The notes beneath the pieces are model-generated. The model saw only the letters and a program-made list of their open reading frames with translations, was not told the DNA's origin and ran no database searches. The translations under genes and the position numbers were made by a program. Positions 36,654-47,000 of a DNA stretch of 64,000 nt are shown here, in pieces (the stretch's first letter is position 1; each line of letters starts with the position of its first letter). The stretch is from Candidatus Omnitrophota bacterium (GTDB lineage: Bacteria > Omnitrophota > Gorgyraeia > Zapsychrales > Zapsychraceae): assembly GCA_029261055.1 (NCBI GenBank), contig JAJDCA010000003.1, positions 3,641 through 67,640 of the forward strand, in the 5' to 3' direction.

Positions 36654-37960
36654 ATTGTTCCAATTAAATCATATTCTAAGGTGTCTTTAATCGTCACTGT
36701 TGCAAAATCACCAATGGTTAAAGGTTTGGGTGTGGTAATAAATACCGTACCATCAACGTCAGGAGCATCAAATTCTGTTCGACCCAAGTACCTATTCTCT
36801 TCATTTTTATCTTTTTCGTCAATTAAAACTTTTAGAGTTTGGCCGATATAGCGTTCCTGGATGGATTGTGAAATGGATTGTTGAATTTGCATTAATTGAT
36901 GGTACCGCTCTTGTTTAATTTCTTCAGGAACTTGGTCAGGCATATCAAAAGCCGAAGTTCCTTCTTCCGGTGAATAGGTGAATACGCCTAACTTTTCAAA
37001 TCGCATGTTTTGGACAAATTGGCAAAGTTCATCAAAATGTTTATCTGTTTCACCGGGTAATCCTACAATAAAGGTCGTGCGGATGCTTGCGTTTCGGACT
37101 TTTTGACGTATTTTTTGAATGAGTTCAATCGTTTGTTGTGTGGTGATACCACGGTTCATATTTTTTAATATGGGATCGCTGATGTGTTGTAAAGGCACAT
37201 CAATGTATTTACAAAGCTTTTCTTCTTTGGCGATGACATCAATAAGTTTATCGGTGATATGTGCCGGATAGGCGTATAACAAACGAATCCATTGGATGTT
37301 TTTTGTAATCTTCACCATTTCTTGGAGTAATTTGGCAAGATGCTTTTCGTGGAAAAGGTCCATACCGTAGGCGGTGATATCCTGCCCGACAATATTGACT
37401 TCTTTTACACCACGGGCATCACATTGGCGAATTTCTTCTAAAACAGACGCAACCGTACGGGAAATAAATTTACCTTTAATTTGTGGAATAATACAGAAGT
37501 TGCATCGATTGTAGCAGCTTTCACAAATTTTGACATACGCCATATGTGTTGGTGTTAAAGCAACTTGTGCCGGTATCTTTTCTTGCTCAAGATGTTCAAT
37601 CCCTCCAAGGGCATCAATTTCGGGGAATTCTTCAGCCAAAGTTTTGCTGTAACGTTGGGCAAGGCACCCGGCAACGACAATTTTTTTTATCTTCCCCTCT
37701 TTTTTAAGTTTGATCAGGTCTAAAATAGTATCAATCGATTCTTGCTTAGCCTCCTCAATAAATCCGCATGTATTGACCACCGCAATGTCCGCCTCATCCG
37801 CATTAACTATTTTGACACCCTTTCCCTTCAGCCGTCCCAAAATAACTTGTGAATCCACCAAATTTCGGGCACACCCAAGATTAATAATGCCAACAGTTTT
37901 TTCTTGAGATATGCGTTCTTTATAAAATTGTTTGAGGGATTTCGGGGAAGGCATAGACAT
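36650..37960 (-). CDS. rimO: ribosomal protein S12 methylthiotransferase (MTTase with TRAM domain)
   Basis: INLGCARNLVDSQ...VVNTCGFI (UPF0004), a radical SAM CxxxCxxC and a C-terminal TRAM domain. Confidence 0.8.
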   Translation of the reverse strand: MSMPSPKSLKQFYKERISQEKTVGIINLGCARNLVDSQVILGRLKGKGVKIVNADEADIAVVNTCGFIEEAKQESIDTILDLIKLKKEGKIKKIVVAGCLAQRYSKTLAEEFPEIDALGGIEHLEQEKIPAQVALTPTHMAYVKICESCYNRCNFCIIPQIKGKFISRTVASVLEEIRQCDARGVKEVNIVGQDITAYGMDLFHEKHLAKLLQEMVKITKNIQWIRLLYAYPAHITDKLIDVIAKEEKLCKYIDVPLQHISDPILKNMNRGITTQQTIELIQKIRQKVRNASIRTTFIVGLPGETDKHFDELCQFVQNMRFEKLGVFTYSPEEGTSAFDMPDQVPEEIKQERYHQLMQIQQSISQSIQERYIGQTLKVLIDEKDKNEENRYLGRTEFDAPDVDGTVFITTPKPLTIGDFATVTIKDTLEYDLIGTI

Positions 37961-39061
37961 TTATTTCGAAACCGTTAATCCGTCTTTGGTAATGACGACA
38001 CGTTTGGCGCGGCGGTCGCGGCGGCCTAGGGAACCGATGAGTTTGCCGTTGAGTTCGAATTCTAGCTGGTTGATGTTTTTACCGGAGATTTCAATTTTTT
38101 CATTAGCCATCCAGGTTTCGACAGTGCCGAGACGTAGAGTCGATTGGAATACGGTTTGACCATCGGTTTTGACGCGTAACCAGCTGTTTTTCTTGGCGCG
38201 GACTGTTAAGGTTACATTTTTCGCCACCTTAGGTGTCTCGGGTGTAATACTGGTCGCCTGTTGGGCTGGTTTAGTTACTGCTGGCGTTGACGTTCGTGTA
38301 ACAGGCTTTACTGGAGATATTTTTTGTGGAATGACTTTTGGTTTGGGGGGGAGTTTTTTTTGTGTTTTTTGTACGGGCGTAGTTTTTTTAACTTTTACAG
38401 CGGGTACTTTTTTTTGTGTTTTTGATATAGGTTTAATTTTATTAGAAATAGATTTCTTGGTTTTTGAAATGGGGGATCGTGTTACTGGTGTACGACTGGA
38501 GGTATTAATTTTAGTTTGTTTGATTCTTTGGTTATCCTCTGAGCGATTAGGTATTAAAAAGGCAATAATTTTAATGCTTAAGAATAAGATGATGATTGCG
38601 CTAATCGCAATAACGGCGCGTTGTTTGTTGCGCCGGGTTAATAGTGGTGAAAGGAAGTCAGAAATACGATTTGTTAATTCCAGTTCTTCAAAGGTTTTAC
38701 TTGTTTCAGTGTCAGTTTTAGGCAGAGTTTCTTGTTTTTCAGTATCAACGACTTCAGAGATATCAATATTTAAATAAGTGGCGTAAATTTTAAGAAAGCC
38801 TTTGTAATAGAATGGTGACATGGTTCGGATGGTGTATCCTTCTTCAATGGCACGCAGGGCATCCATCGGAATTTTTGTAATTTCGTGGACGAGTTCCAAG
38901 GATAGACCTTGGCTTTCTCTTGCTTTTTTTAAAATGGAACCTTTGGATGTGCCTGGTGGCTCATTAGGTTTGGATGTTGGTGTATTAGGCATGGCATGAG
39001 AAGCATCAGCTTGCGGTGCTTCGGTAATGTTTTGAGGTTCAAATAAATTAGGTTCGTTCAT
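37961..39061 (-). CDS. rodZ: RodZ-like cytoskeleton protein (XRE HTH + TM + Pro/Thr/Lys-rich linker + DUF4115-like C-terminus)
   Basis: N-terminal HTH (GSILKKARESQGLSLELVHEITKIP), a single TM helix and a low-complexity linker. Confidence 0.7.
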   Translation of the reverse strand: MNEPNLFEPQNITEAPQADASHAMPNTPTSKPNEPPGTSKGSILKKARESQGLSLELVHEITKIPMDALRAIEEGYTIRTMSPFYYKGFLKIYATYLNIDISEVVDTEKQETLPKTDTETSKTFEELELTNRISDFLSPLLTRRNKQRAVIAISAIIILFLSIKIIAFLIPNRSEDNQRIKQTKINTSSRTPVTRSPISKTKKSISNKIKPISKTQKKVPAVKVKKTTPVQKTQKKLPPKPKVIPQKISPVKPVTRTSTPAVTKPAQQATSITPETPKVAKNVTLTVRAKKNSWLRVKTDGQTVFQSTLRLGTVETWMANEKIEISGKNINQLEFELNGKLIGSLGRRDRRAKRVVITKDGLTVSK

Positions 39062-41312
39062 CTTCTTCCTGCATATTATCTAATAACCATTGCTCGCGGT
39101 CAACGAGAATTTCTCGTGGCTTGCTTCCTGCGTAAGGTCCGACAATTCCAGTCTGTTCCATCATATCAATGAGGCGTGCGGCACGCGTGTACCCTAGCCG
39201 CATACGGCGTTGTAAAATAGATACAGACGCCTGGTTTGTTTCAATGACGAGACGTACAGCTTCATCATAATATTCATCTTGTTGGTCGGAACCTTTACCT
39301 CTTCCTCCGGTTTGATGTTTGACGATCGTGTCGTCATAAGAAGGGGCTTGTTGGTCTTTGATAAATTGAATGACTTTATTGATTTCGTCATCTTTTACAA
39401 AATTACCTTGGCCTCGAGAAGGTTTTGCGTCGCCCGGTTGGATAAATAACATATCCCCTCTTCCCAAGAGGTTTTCAGCGCCATTGCAATCCAAGACAGT
39501 ACGCGAATCTGTTTTTGAGGCGACTTTAAATGAAATACGCGCAGGAAAATTCGCTTTGATGACACCCGTAATAACATCTACGGAAGGTCTTTGGGTTGCC
39601 AAAATAAGGTGAATACCTACAGCCCGCGACAATTGGGCAAGGCGGCAGATTGAACCCTCAACGGCTTTAGCTGAAACTTGCATCAAATCTGCTAACTCAT
39701 CAATGATGACGACAATGTATGGCATCTTGTTGTCATCTTTTTCATTGTAGCCTTGAATATTTCTTACGCCGGCTTTAGCTAATTTTTTGTACCGCGCCTC
39801 CATTTCTCCGACAACCCAGTTAAGAGCGGCGGCTGCTTTTTTGGGATCAGTGATGGTGGGAGACAATAAATGGGGAATATCATTATATTGGGCCAGTTCA
39901 ACCATTTTTGGATCGACCATAACAAACTTAACCTCATCTGGGGAGGCATTTAAAAGTATGGACATGATAATCCCATTAACACAAACAGTTTTGCCTGAAC
40001 CTGTTGTTCCTGCAATTAAGAGATGTGGCATACCAGCCAAATCGGCGACCATAGCTTTTCCGGAAATATCTTTTCCAAGAGATAACGTCAGCTTTGATTT
40101 GGCAGTACGAAATTCATCACTTATCAGAACGTCCTTAAGATAAACGGAAGCGGTGCTAGCATTAGGTACTTCGATACCAATTCTATTTTTTCCAGGGATG
40201 GGGGCAACAATCCTGATGGATGTCGCTTTCATAGCCAGGGCAATGTCGTCAGACAATGTAGTAAATTTTTGAACCTTAACTCCAGGAGCGGGCTCTAATT
40301 CGTAGCGTGTAATAGCCGGCCCACGTTCAATATCAACGACACGTGCGTTGACTGTAAAATTTGCCAAAGTTTCTTCTAATATTTTTGCGCCACTTACAAG
40401 GGAGCTCTCAATTTTACTTTTTGGAATTTCTGGGGGTGATTCTAATAAGTCCAAAGACGGAATCGTATACTCGCCAACAATTTCAGGTGTAGAATCAGAG
40501 GTTGATGATTTTTTTCCTTTTGGTGTTTGGGCTATATGTATTTTAGGTTTTGTAGGTTTTCTGGTTTTTGATCGTGGCTCTTCTTCCTCTTCCTCCTCTT
40601 CTTCATATTCGTATTCTTCCTCTTCTTCATATTCTTCTTCGTCTTCTTCGGATGTTTTTTTCTTTTTTAGCCAATCAAAAAGTTTAGCCTTATTTTTAGC
40701 TTTTTGGGTAATGGGTTTTTTAGGTGGCGTTTTTTGAGGTTTTTTGTTTGGCGTTTGGAACTTTTCTTTAAATATTTCAGGAAGGGATTGAATTGATTCT
40801 ATGAATTTTAAAAAGAAAGGGCTTAGGAGAACTTCGCCTGTGAGAATCAAAGCAAGGATACCCAATGTTGACAGAATAATGTAAGAACCTAGCGGTCCGA
40901 TGTTTTTGACGAGATAGTCACTTGTGATAATGCCAATGATACCTGCTCTTTGGAAACGTACGACAGTTTCTTGAGGGCCAGTCATGCTTAATAAAGAACT
41001 GATGACACAAAATAAAACCAGGGCACTGATACATTTTGGTATAGAAAAATGTAATTCATGTGAGGTGAATTTTTTCCAGCTCCAAAAGAAAAGAAAAAAC
41101 ACAATAGCGTATGCACTATAACCGATCATAAAAAATAAAGAACCAGATAGGTAAGCGCCGGTTATACGAATCAAATTTTGAGCAGGAATGTTGGGTTGTG
41201 AGGTGTACCAGGGTAAGTCGTTGGGTGTAAATGAAATGAGGCTGGCCAACAGAATCATGCCGAAGGCCATGATAATTACAGCTTTAATTTCATTGAGGTG
41301 TTCTTCTGTCAT
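39048..41312 (-). CDS. ftsK: DNA translocase FtsK
   Basis: Four N-terminal TM helices, an acidic linker, a Walker A site (GTTGSGKT) and a gamma domain (SVSILQRRMRLGYTRAARLID). Confidence 0.9.
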   Translation of the reverse strand: MTEEHLNEIKAVIIMAFGMILLASLISFTPNDLPWYTSQPNIPAQNLIRITGAYLSGSLFFMIGYSAYAIVFFLFFWSWKKFTSHELHFSIPKCISALVLFCVISSLLSMTGPQETVVRFQRAGIIGIITSDYLVKNIGPLGSYIILSTLGILALILTGEVLLSPFFLKFIESIQSLPEIFKEKFQTPNKKPQKTPPKKPITQKAKNKAKLFDWLKKKKTSEEDEEEYEEEEEYEYEEEEEEEEEPRSKTRKPTKPKIHIAQTPKGKKSSTSDSTPEIVGEYTIPSLDLLESPPEIPKSKIESSLVSGAKILEETLANFTVNARVVDIERGPAITRYELEPAPGVKVQKFTTLSDDIALAMKATSIRIVAPIPGKNRIGIEVPNASTASVYLKDVLISDEFRTAKSKLTLSLGKDISGKAMVADLAGMPHLLIAGTTGSGKTVCVNGIIMSILLNASPDEVKFVMVDPKMVELAQYNDIPHLLSPTITDPKKAAAALNWVVGEMEARYKKLAKAGVRNIQGYNEKDDNKMPYIVVIIDELADLMQVSAKAVEGSICRLAQLSRAVGIHLILATQRPSVDVITGVIKANFPARISFKVASKTDSRTVLDCNGAENLLGRGDMLFIQPGDAKPSRGQGNFVKDDEINKVIQFIKDQQAPSYDDTIVKHQTGGRGKGSDQQDEYYDEAVRLVIETNQASVSILQRRMRLGYTRAARLIDMMEQTGIVGPYAGSKPREILVDREQWLLDNMQEEDERT

Positions 41313-41320
41313 TATTTTCA

Positions 41321-41389
41321 GCCTTCAGTCGTCAGACATCAGTCATCAGAATTCTTGGTGCTGACGACTGAAGGCTGATGTCTGACGAC
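41321..41389. repeat. overlapping inverted repeats (GCCTTCAGTCGTCAG / CTGACGACTGAAGGC and GTCGTCAGACATCAG / CTGATGTCTGACGAC) able to form mutually exclusive hairpins
   Basis: Read directly in the 81-bp gap between the pnp stop and the ftsK start. Confidence 0.5.
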
Positions 41390-41393
41390 TAAT

Positions 41394-43514
41394 TTATTTT
41401 TCAGCTAATTCTGCTTCAGCTTTTTTCTTGCTGAGATTCATTCGGTTCATTTTATCAATTTCAACCAACTTAACTTTGAATTTGTCCCCAGGGTTACAAA
41501 TTGTTGTTGGGTCTTTGACATATTCATCGGATAATTCTGACACGTGAACCAATCCCTGTTTGCCAGGTAAGAATTCACAAAAAGCACCAAAATTCATGAC
41601 TTTGACAACCGTGGCATCATATATTTTGCCAATTTCCGGAGCTTGTGAAAATCCATTGATATAATCTAATGCTTTTTGGCTGGCTTCTCTACTCATTGAA
41701 GCAATAAGAACTGTGCCTTCATCATTAACATCAATAGATTCAACACCTGTCTCTTCAATGATTTTTTTAATCATTTTACCGCCAGGCCCAATAAGTTCAC
41801 CAATTTTTTCTGGTGGTATACTGGTAGAAGCGATGCGTGGTGCGAATTCAGAGGTATCAGCTTTTGGTTTATCAATACAAGATTCCATATTTTCTAAAAT
41901 GACATCTCTAGCTTCTTTTGCTTGGGTAATACCTTTTTCTAGGATATCAAGCGAAGCACCTTTGATTTTAAGATCTAATTGAATCGCGGTTAAACCATTT
42001 TTGGTTCCGGCAATTTTATAGTCCATATCACCAAAATGATCTTCTAATCCCATGATGTCAGTTAAGAGTCTGTAGTCACCATCTTCTTTGGTAACGAGCC
42101 CAATAGAAATTCCGGCCACAGGATTTTTAATCGGTACACCAGCATCCATTAAACTGAGACTTCCGGCACAAACACTAGCCATACTGGAGGATCCATTAGA
42201 TTCTAGAATTTCGGAAACAATACGAACTGTATAAGGAAAGTCATCTTTTTCCGGTAAAACTGCTTTAAGGGCCTTGGCAGCTAATGCACCGTGACCAATT
42301 TCACGTCGACCTGGTCCACGACTTCCGCGGGCTTCACCAACACTAAAAGCGGGGAAATTATAATGTAACATAAAGTTGTTATAGGCAAGACCTTCTAAGG
42401 ATTCGATCATCTGTTCATCACGTTTTGTTCCCAAGGTTATTGTTGCCAAACTTTGGGTTTGTCCACGTGTAAAAATGCTTGAACCGTGGGTGCGCGGGAG
42501 GATATTGATTTCAGAAGCAAGCGCGCGAAGTTCTTTAGCCCCACGTCCATCTGCTCGCTTGTCATCATTAAAAATGGAGTTGCGAACGATTTCATATTGG
42601 AGCTCTTCTAGTATCGCGTTAATATCACCTTTGGAAACTTCACGATTGTCGACTTTTAATGCATCGAAAACAGACATATCTGAAAAGATTTTTGTGTGAA
42701 GTGCACTGAGGGCATTTTCACGTTCCGCTTTGTCTGCGATTTTATAGGCATCTGCCATGCCAGTACCAACGAGTTCTGTTACTTTAGATTTTAAATCAGG
42801 GTGAGCATTAATAAGAGCAACTTCAATTTTTTCTTTACCAATTTGTTTTTGAAGTTCTAATTGAACTTCACGACTTGGCTGAAGTTGTTCGGTTGCAAAT
42901 TTTAAAGCGGCAACCATTTTCTCTTCTGGAACTTCATTCGACTCGCCTTCAATCATAACAATACCATCTTCAAGTCCGACGACCATCAAGTCCATAGCGC
43001 TTTGTTCTCGTTGTTCATAGGTTGGGTTAATGACAAATTCATCATCAATCATGCCCACACGCACAGCCCCGCAGGGTCCTTCAAAAGGAATGTCAGAAAT
43101 TGTTAAAGCCGCTGAAGCGCCGATGAGCGCCAGAATATCCGGGTCATTTTCGCCATCACTACTTAAAACAGTACATGTCACTACGACATCGTTATACATA
43201 CCTTTAGGAAAAAGCGGTCTGATAGGACGGTCAATCAGGCGGCACGTCAAGATTTCTTTTTGGGTAGGACGTCCTTCACGTTTAAAAAATCCTCCGGGAA
43301 TGCGACCGGCCGCATATGTTTTTTCTTGATATTCCACCATCAATGGAAAGAAATCAATGCCTTCTCTGGCTTTCTTTGACATACAAGCAGCAACCAAAAT
43401 GACGGTTCCACCATAAGTGATCATAACCGAGGCATTCGCCTGTTTAGCTATTTTGCCACTTTCAATAATAATATTTTTGTTACCAAATGGTATTTCAACA
43501 CGACCTAAACTCAT
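41394..43514 (-). CDS. pnp: polynucleotide phosphorylase
   Basis: Two RNase PH domains, plus KH and S1. The N-terminus is conserved. Confidence 0.95.
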   Translation of the reverse strand: MSLGRVEIPFGNKNIIIESGKIAKQANASVMITYGGTVILVAACMSKKAREGIDFFPLMVEYQEKTYAAGRIPGGFFKREGRPTQKEILTCRLIDRPIRPLFPKGMYNDVVVTCTVLSSDGENDPDILALIGASAALTISDIPFEGPCGAVRVGMIDDEFVINPTYEQREQSAMDLMVVGLEDGIVMIEGESNEVPEEKMVAALKFATEQLQPSREVQLELQKQIGKEKIEVALINAHPDLKSKVTELVGTGMADAYKIADKAERENALSALHTKIFSDMSVFDALKVDNREVSKGDINAILEELQYEIVRNSIFNDDKRADGRGAKELRALASEINILPRTHGSSIFTRGQTQSLATITLGTKRDEQMIESLEGLAYNNFMLHYNFPAFSVGEARGSRGPGRREIGHGALAAKALKAVLPEKDDFPYTVRIVSEILESNGSSSMASVCAGSLSLMDAGVPIKNPVAGISIGLVTKEDGDYRLLTDIMGLEDHFGDMDYKIAGTKNGLTAIQLDLKIKGASLDILEKGITQAKEARDVILENMESCIDKPKADTSEFAPRIASTSIPPEKIGELIGPGGKMIKKIIEETGVESIDVNDEGTVLIASMSREASQKALDYINGFSQAPEIGKIYDATVVKVMNFGAFCEFLPGKQGLVHVSELSDEYVKDPTTICNPGDKFKVKLVEIDKMNRMNLSKKKAEAELAEK

Positions 43515-43560
43515 AATTTTTCTCCAATTATTAATTAATGACTAACACATATTAGGGTAA

Positions 43561-43622
43561 GGAAACCTTGTATCAGTTTGAGATACTAGCACATACAGAT
43601 ACGCAATGGCCCTCTTTGTTTC
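43561..43622 (-). promoter_or_regulatory. rpsO terminator / pnp leader hairpin (GGAAAC...GTTTCC with inner GTATC/GATAC stems)
   Basis: A long stem-loop between rpsO and pnp. In established rpsO-pnp biology this site is processed by RNase III. Confidence 0.5.
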
Positions 43623-43643
43623 CTTAACCATCAATCGAAAAGA

Positions 43644-43913
43644 TTACTTACGTAATCCTAATTTCGAAATTGTTTCTTGATATTTTTGAGGGTCTTGCTT
43701 TTTGAGATAAGCTAAAAGACGGCGTCTTTTTCCAATCATCATCAAAAGACCTCGTCTTGAATGAAAATCTTTTTTGTGGGACTTGAAATGATCGTTGAGA
43801 TAATTGATCTTTTCCGACAGAAGTGCAATTTGTACTGTGGGGGATCCTGTATCTTTGGCATGAACCTTAAAATCGTCAATAATCGCTGTTTTTTTTTCTT
43901 TAATTAAAACCAA
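43644..43913 (-). CDS. rpsO: 30S ribosomal protein S15
   Basis: 89 aa with the conserved ...[16 protein letters not shown] signature. Confidence 0.95.
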   Translation of the reverse strand: MVLIKEKKTAIIDDFKVHAKDTGSPTVQIALLSEKINYLNDHFKSHKKDFHSRRGLLMMIGKRRRLLAYLKKQDPQKYQETISKLGLRK

Positions 43914-43962
43914 TGTTTTTTCCTCCGTTTCGAGTTTATTTATTTTCTTCTCTATTTTAGTG

Positions 43963-43995
43963 GGCTATTCTACTATCCACATGAGGATTAGTCAA
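43963..43995 (-). promoter_or_regulatory. sigma70-like promoter for rpsO (TTGACT-N17-TAGAAT on minus strand)
   Basis: Consensus-like hexamers with the right spacing upstream of rpsO. Confidence 0.4.
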
Positions 43996-44040
43996 AGGGT
44001 TTTCTGGGTAAAGAATTTTTTGGAAATATAAACAATTTGT

Positions 44041-47000
44041 CTATCCAATATGGGGTGACGCATCAATCTCTTTGCGACAAAATTTCTGTCGATAGCGATC
44101 CAACCAGCTTACATCACCTTGCGTCGGTGACCCAAAAAGTCCGGGCGCCGTACGGCTAAAATCACTATCCATATCAGACTCCGACAGGCCCAAAAGCGGG
44201 AGCATACTGGGGATGCGGATCACGTTAAGAATCACCGGTACCACCCCATCAACGCGCATAGCCGCATCCGGCTGCTGCGCAAACGGCAGAACAATTCCAT
44301 TACCATCACGCTTCACCTCAAACTTCAACATCGCCGGATCCAGGTTAATACCCCCTGTTTTATTGGGCTGGGATACCTTAACCCTATTTTCCAGCATAGC
44401 ATTATCAGCGAGGTTTTGGAGGAGACTAATAATGTTTGATTCTTTTAGCAATGGTGAATCCTTAGAATACGTTATTTGTTGTTCATTCAAGATATTTTTT
44501 AATTTTTGATTTTGATTATTAAAATCAAAATTTAAATTAAGGTCTTTCTGAGCTTGATCAAGAATTTTTTGTCCGTAGGCCTTTTTTGCCAGGCGTACAC
44601 TCCTTTGAACAGATTTTATCATGTCTACAATATCGCCTTTATTAGCTTCCGCATTTTTTATAACGAGGTCCATAAACATCTGTTTGGATGCAAAAATCTC
44701 CAAACGTTCTTCACTAAATTTATTTTTATGTAATTCAATAAAAATATTAAGATATGATTTGAGATTGGGAAGTTCTTTCTTTAGTTCTATAAGATTATTG
44801 GTTTCAGATACCTCCACTTGTTCAATGTTTTTAAATGTTAGAAGAAATCCATCTTCCGGTATCTTTTTGTTCATTGCATCAACGATCGATGAAACGTGGT
44901 TTGTAATGTCGCTAGACATGGAATTGTCTACGCCCTTCATTATAATTTGATTATTAAATACATCTGCCGCTTCCCTTACATCCGTATGCTTCGCAATTCT
45001 ATTAATATCGTTATTAATGATAGGAATTTGGAAAAGTATTTCTCTTTTAAACGCATCTTCATTTTTTCGAAAGTCCCCTTTATAAGTACCCTTCCGTAGT
45101 TCATCTTGCTTAATTTTGTTTTCAGGGCCAATTACAGTTTCCTCCACAATCTTAAAATGGGTATGTCCTTCCTCTGGAAAAAACTGGGCGGATACTCTAA
45201 AGTACAAATCTTTTGTTTTTTGATTTTCTGGATTCTTTCTTGAATATATTATCATAAGTTCTTTCTCTACATCATTAGACTGAAAATTTGTATCCGACTC
45301 CTGCGTTATTATGACCTTAGTCAACGTTGCTACACCAGGAAGGGCGTTGCTGCCGCCTTCTAATAATTTCAGAAAAGAACCTCCACCTGTTGAAATAAAT
45401 TTTATTCCTTTAATTTCAAACTGGTTAATCGCTGTAACAGAGTCACCTCCCCCGGTTACGGTTAGGTTGTCCGCTAAGGCAAGGCTCTTTCCTACATCCT
45501 TTGTCCCGTTTTGAGCGAATGAAAGGACATCAAATGCACCCATAGGGCCATTCCAAAAAATAGATTGTTCTGGATTTTCTTCCGATATTTTTTGAATTTC
45601 AGATGTAAATAATTGAACCGTTTTCGGGCCGATATCCACCATCATCCAACCATCCTCAACCCCTTCTCTTATATCTGTTATAATTCTATTATTTGCTCCT
45701 TCCTCAAATTTATCTGCCACAACCCCATCTATCGGTAAAATAATTTTATCGGAGTATTTTCTAAATAATTCTTTAGCTAATTCAACATCTTTATCTTGTG
45801 CCAGCGAAGCGCCCATGTCAATTTTTTGGGCCTTTAAAAACGCATTAGCCATAGCGCCGCCTATTAAAAGTTTTTTTAAATTAGGGTTTTTTAATAATGT
45901 TTCTAGCATGATGATTTTATCTGAAACTTTACTACCCCCCACCACAGCCAGACCAGTGTTCGTTCGGACTTTTTCAGCCATTTTTAATTCTTTATCTAAA
46001 AGAAGTCCGGATACTCTGATGGGCACAATACCTTCAGCACCTGTTACCGAGGCATGATTACGATGCGCGGCCCCAAACGCATCGTTAATAAACACATCGA
46101 CACCTTTGTATAATTTTTGTGAAAATTGACTGTGTGTTTCACGGGCTTTTTCAACATTTTCTTTCGCTATCTGGATCACATGGGGGTCACTACTTTTTTT
46201 TGCAGCTTTAAGGACATCTTCAGCCTCGGATAAAATTGTCTCCGCTTTATTAAAACGAACATTTTCAAGGACAATGATAGAGTTTTTGAACGCTTTTTCA
46301 TCAACGCCCGGTCTTTGCATATAAGCTTCAACATCCGCCATTGTTTTAAAGATAGGGTTATAATAAATACGGCCCAAGCCATCGTCCCATAATTTTTCAG
46401 CTATATTTTTAACGACTTTTTTAAGAGAAAGGGTCGGGTCTTCCTGTCCTTCCGGCCGACCCATATGAGCCGTAATAATTATCATCTCCGGGGACTTATC
46501 CATGAGATATTTAATTGTTGGAATGGATTCTGCAATACGCGTATCATCCGTTATTTCCCCCGTTTTTTCATCAATTGGAACATTCAACTCCAACCGCATG
46601 GCCACCCGTTTGTCCTTTAACTCTTCGTCAGATAAATCTTTGAGGTTTTTTGTCGAAGCCATAGCATTATCCCTTAGGTTTACTGTGTCACCAGCTAATA
46701 ATCGTCGCACATCATCGGCAACGGCTCTGTTGTCTGATGCCGCATCTCCTCCTCTGATATGTTGCAACAAATAGTATTCAACGCCTTTATTTTTGGAGGT
46801 ACCCAAGGAATATGTTATGAGTCCCTCATGGGTGGTTACTTGTTTGGCATTTTCAGGAATATTGTTAAATAATTCTTTATCATTTTTAGCTAAGTCAAGG
46901 TTAACAAATGGTTCAAAAATATGGTTTAACACTAATTTGGAGGTTTTGACAATGGATGGATTTGATTTATTTGATTCGATTGTTGTCAAAAGATCGTGCA

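Noticed and set aside
38169-38777. Plus-strand 202-aa ORF
   Set aside because: It lies entirely inside the rodZ-like gene on the opposite strand. Its hydrophobic, low-complexity composition comes from the antisense of the Pro/Thr/Lys-rich linker.
40348-40737. Plus-strand ORF with a poly-Ser run
   Set aside because: It is the antisense mirror of the Glu-rich (GAA/GAG) linker of ftsK. It is low-complexity and lies inside a well-supported gene.
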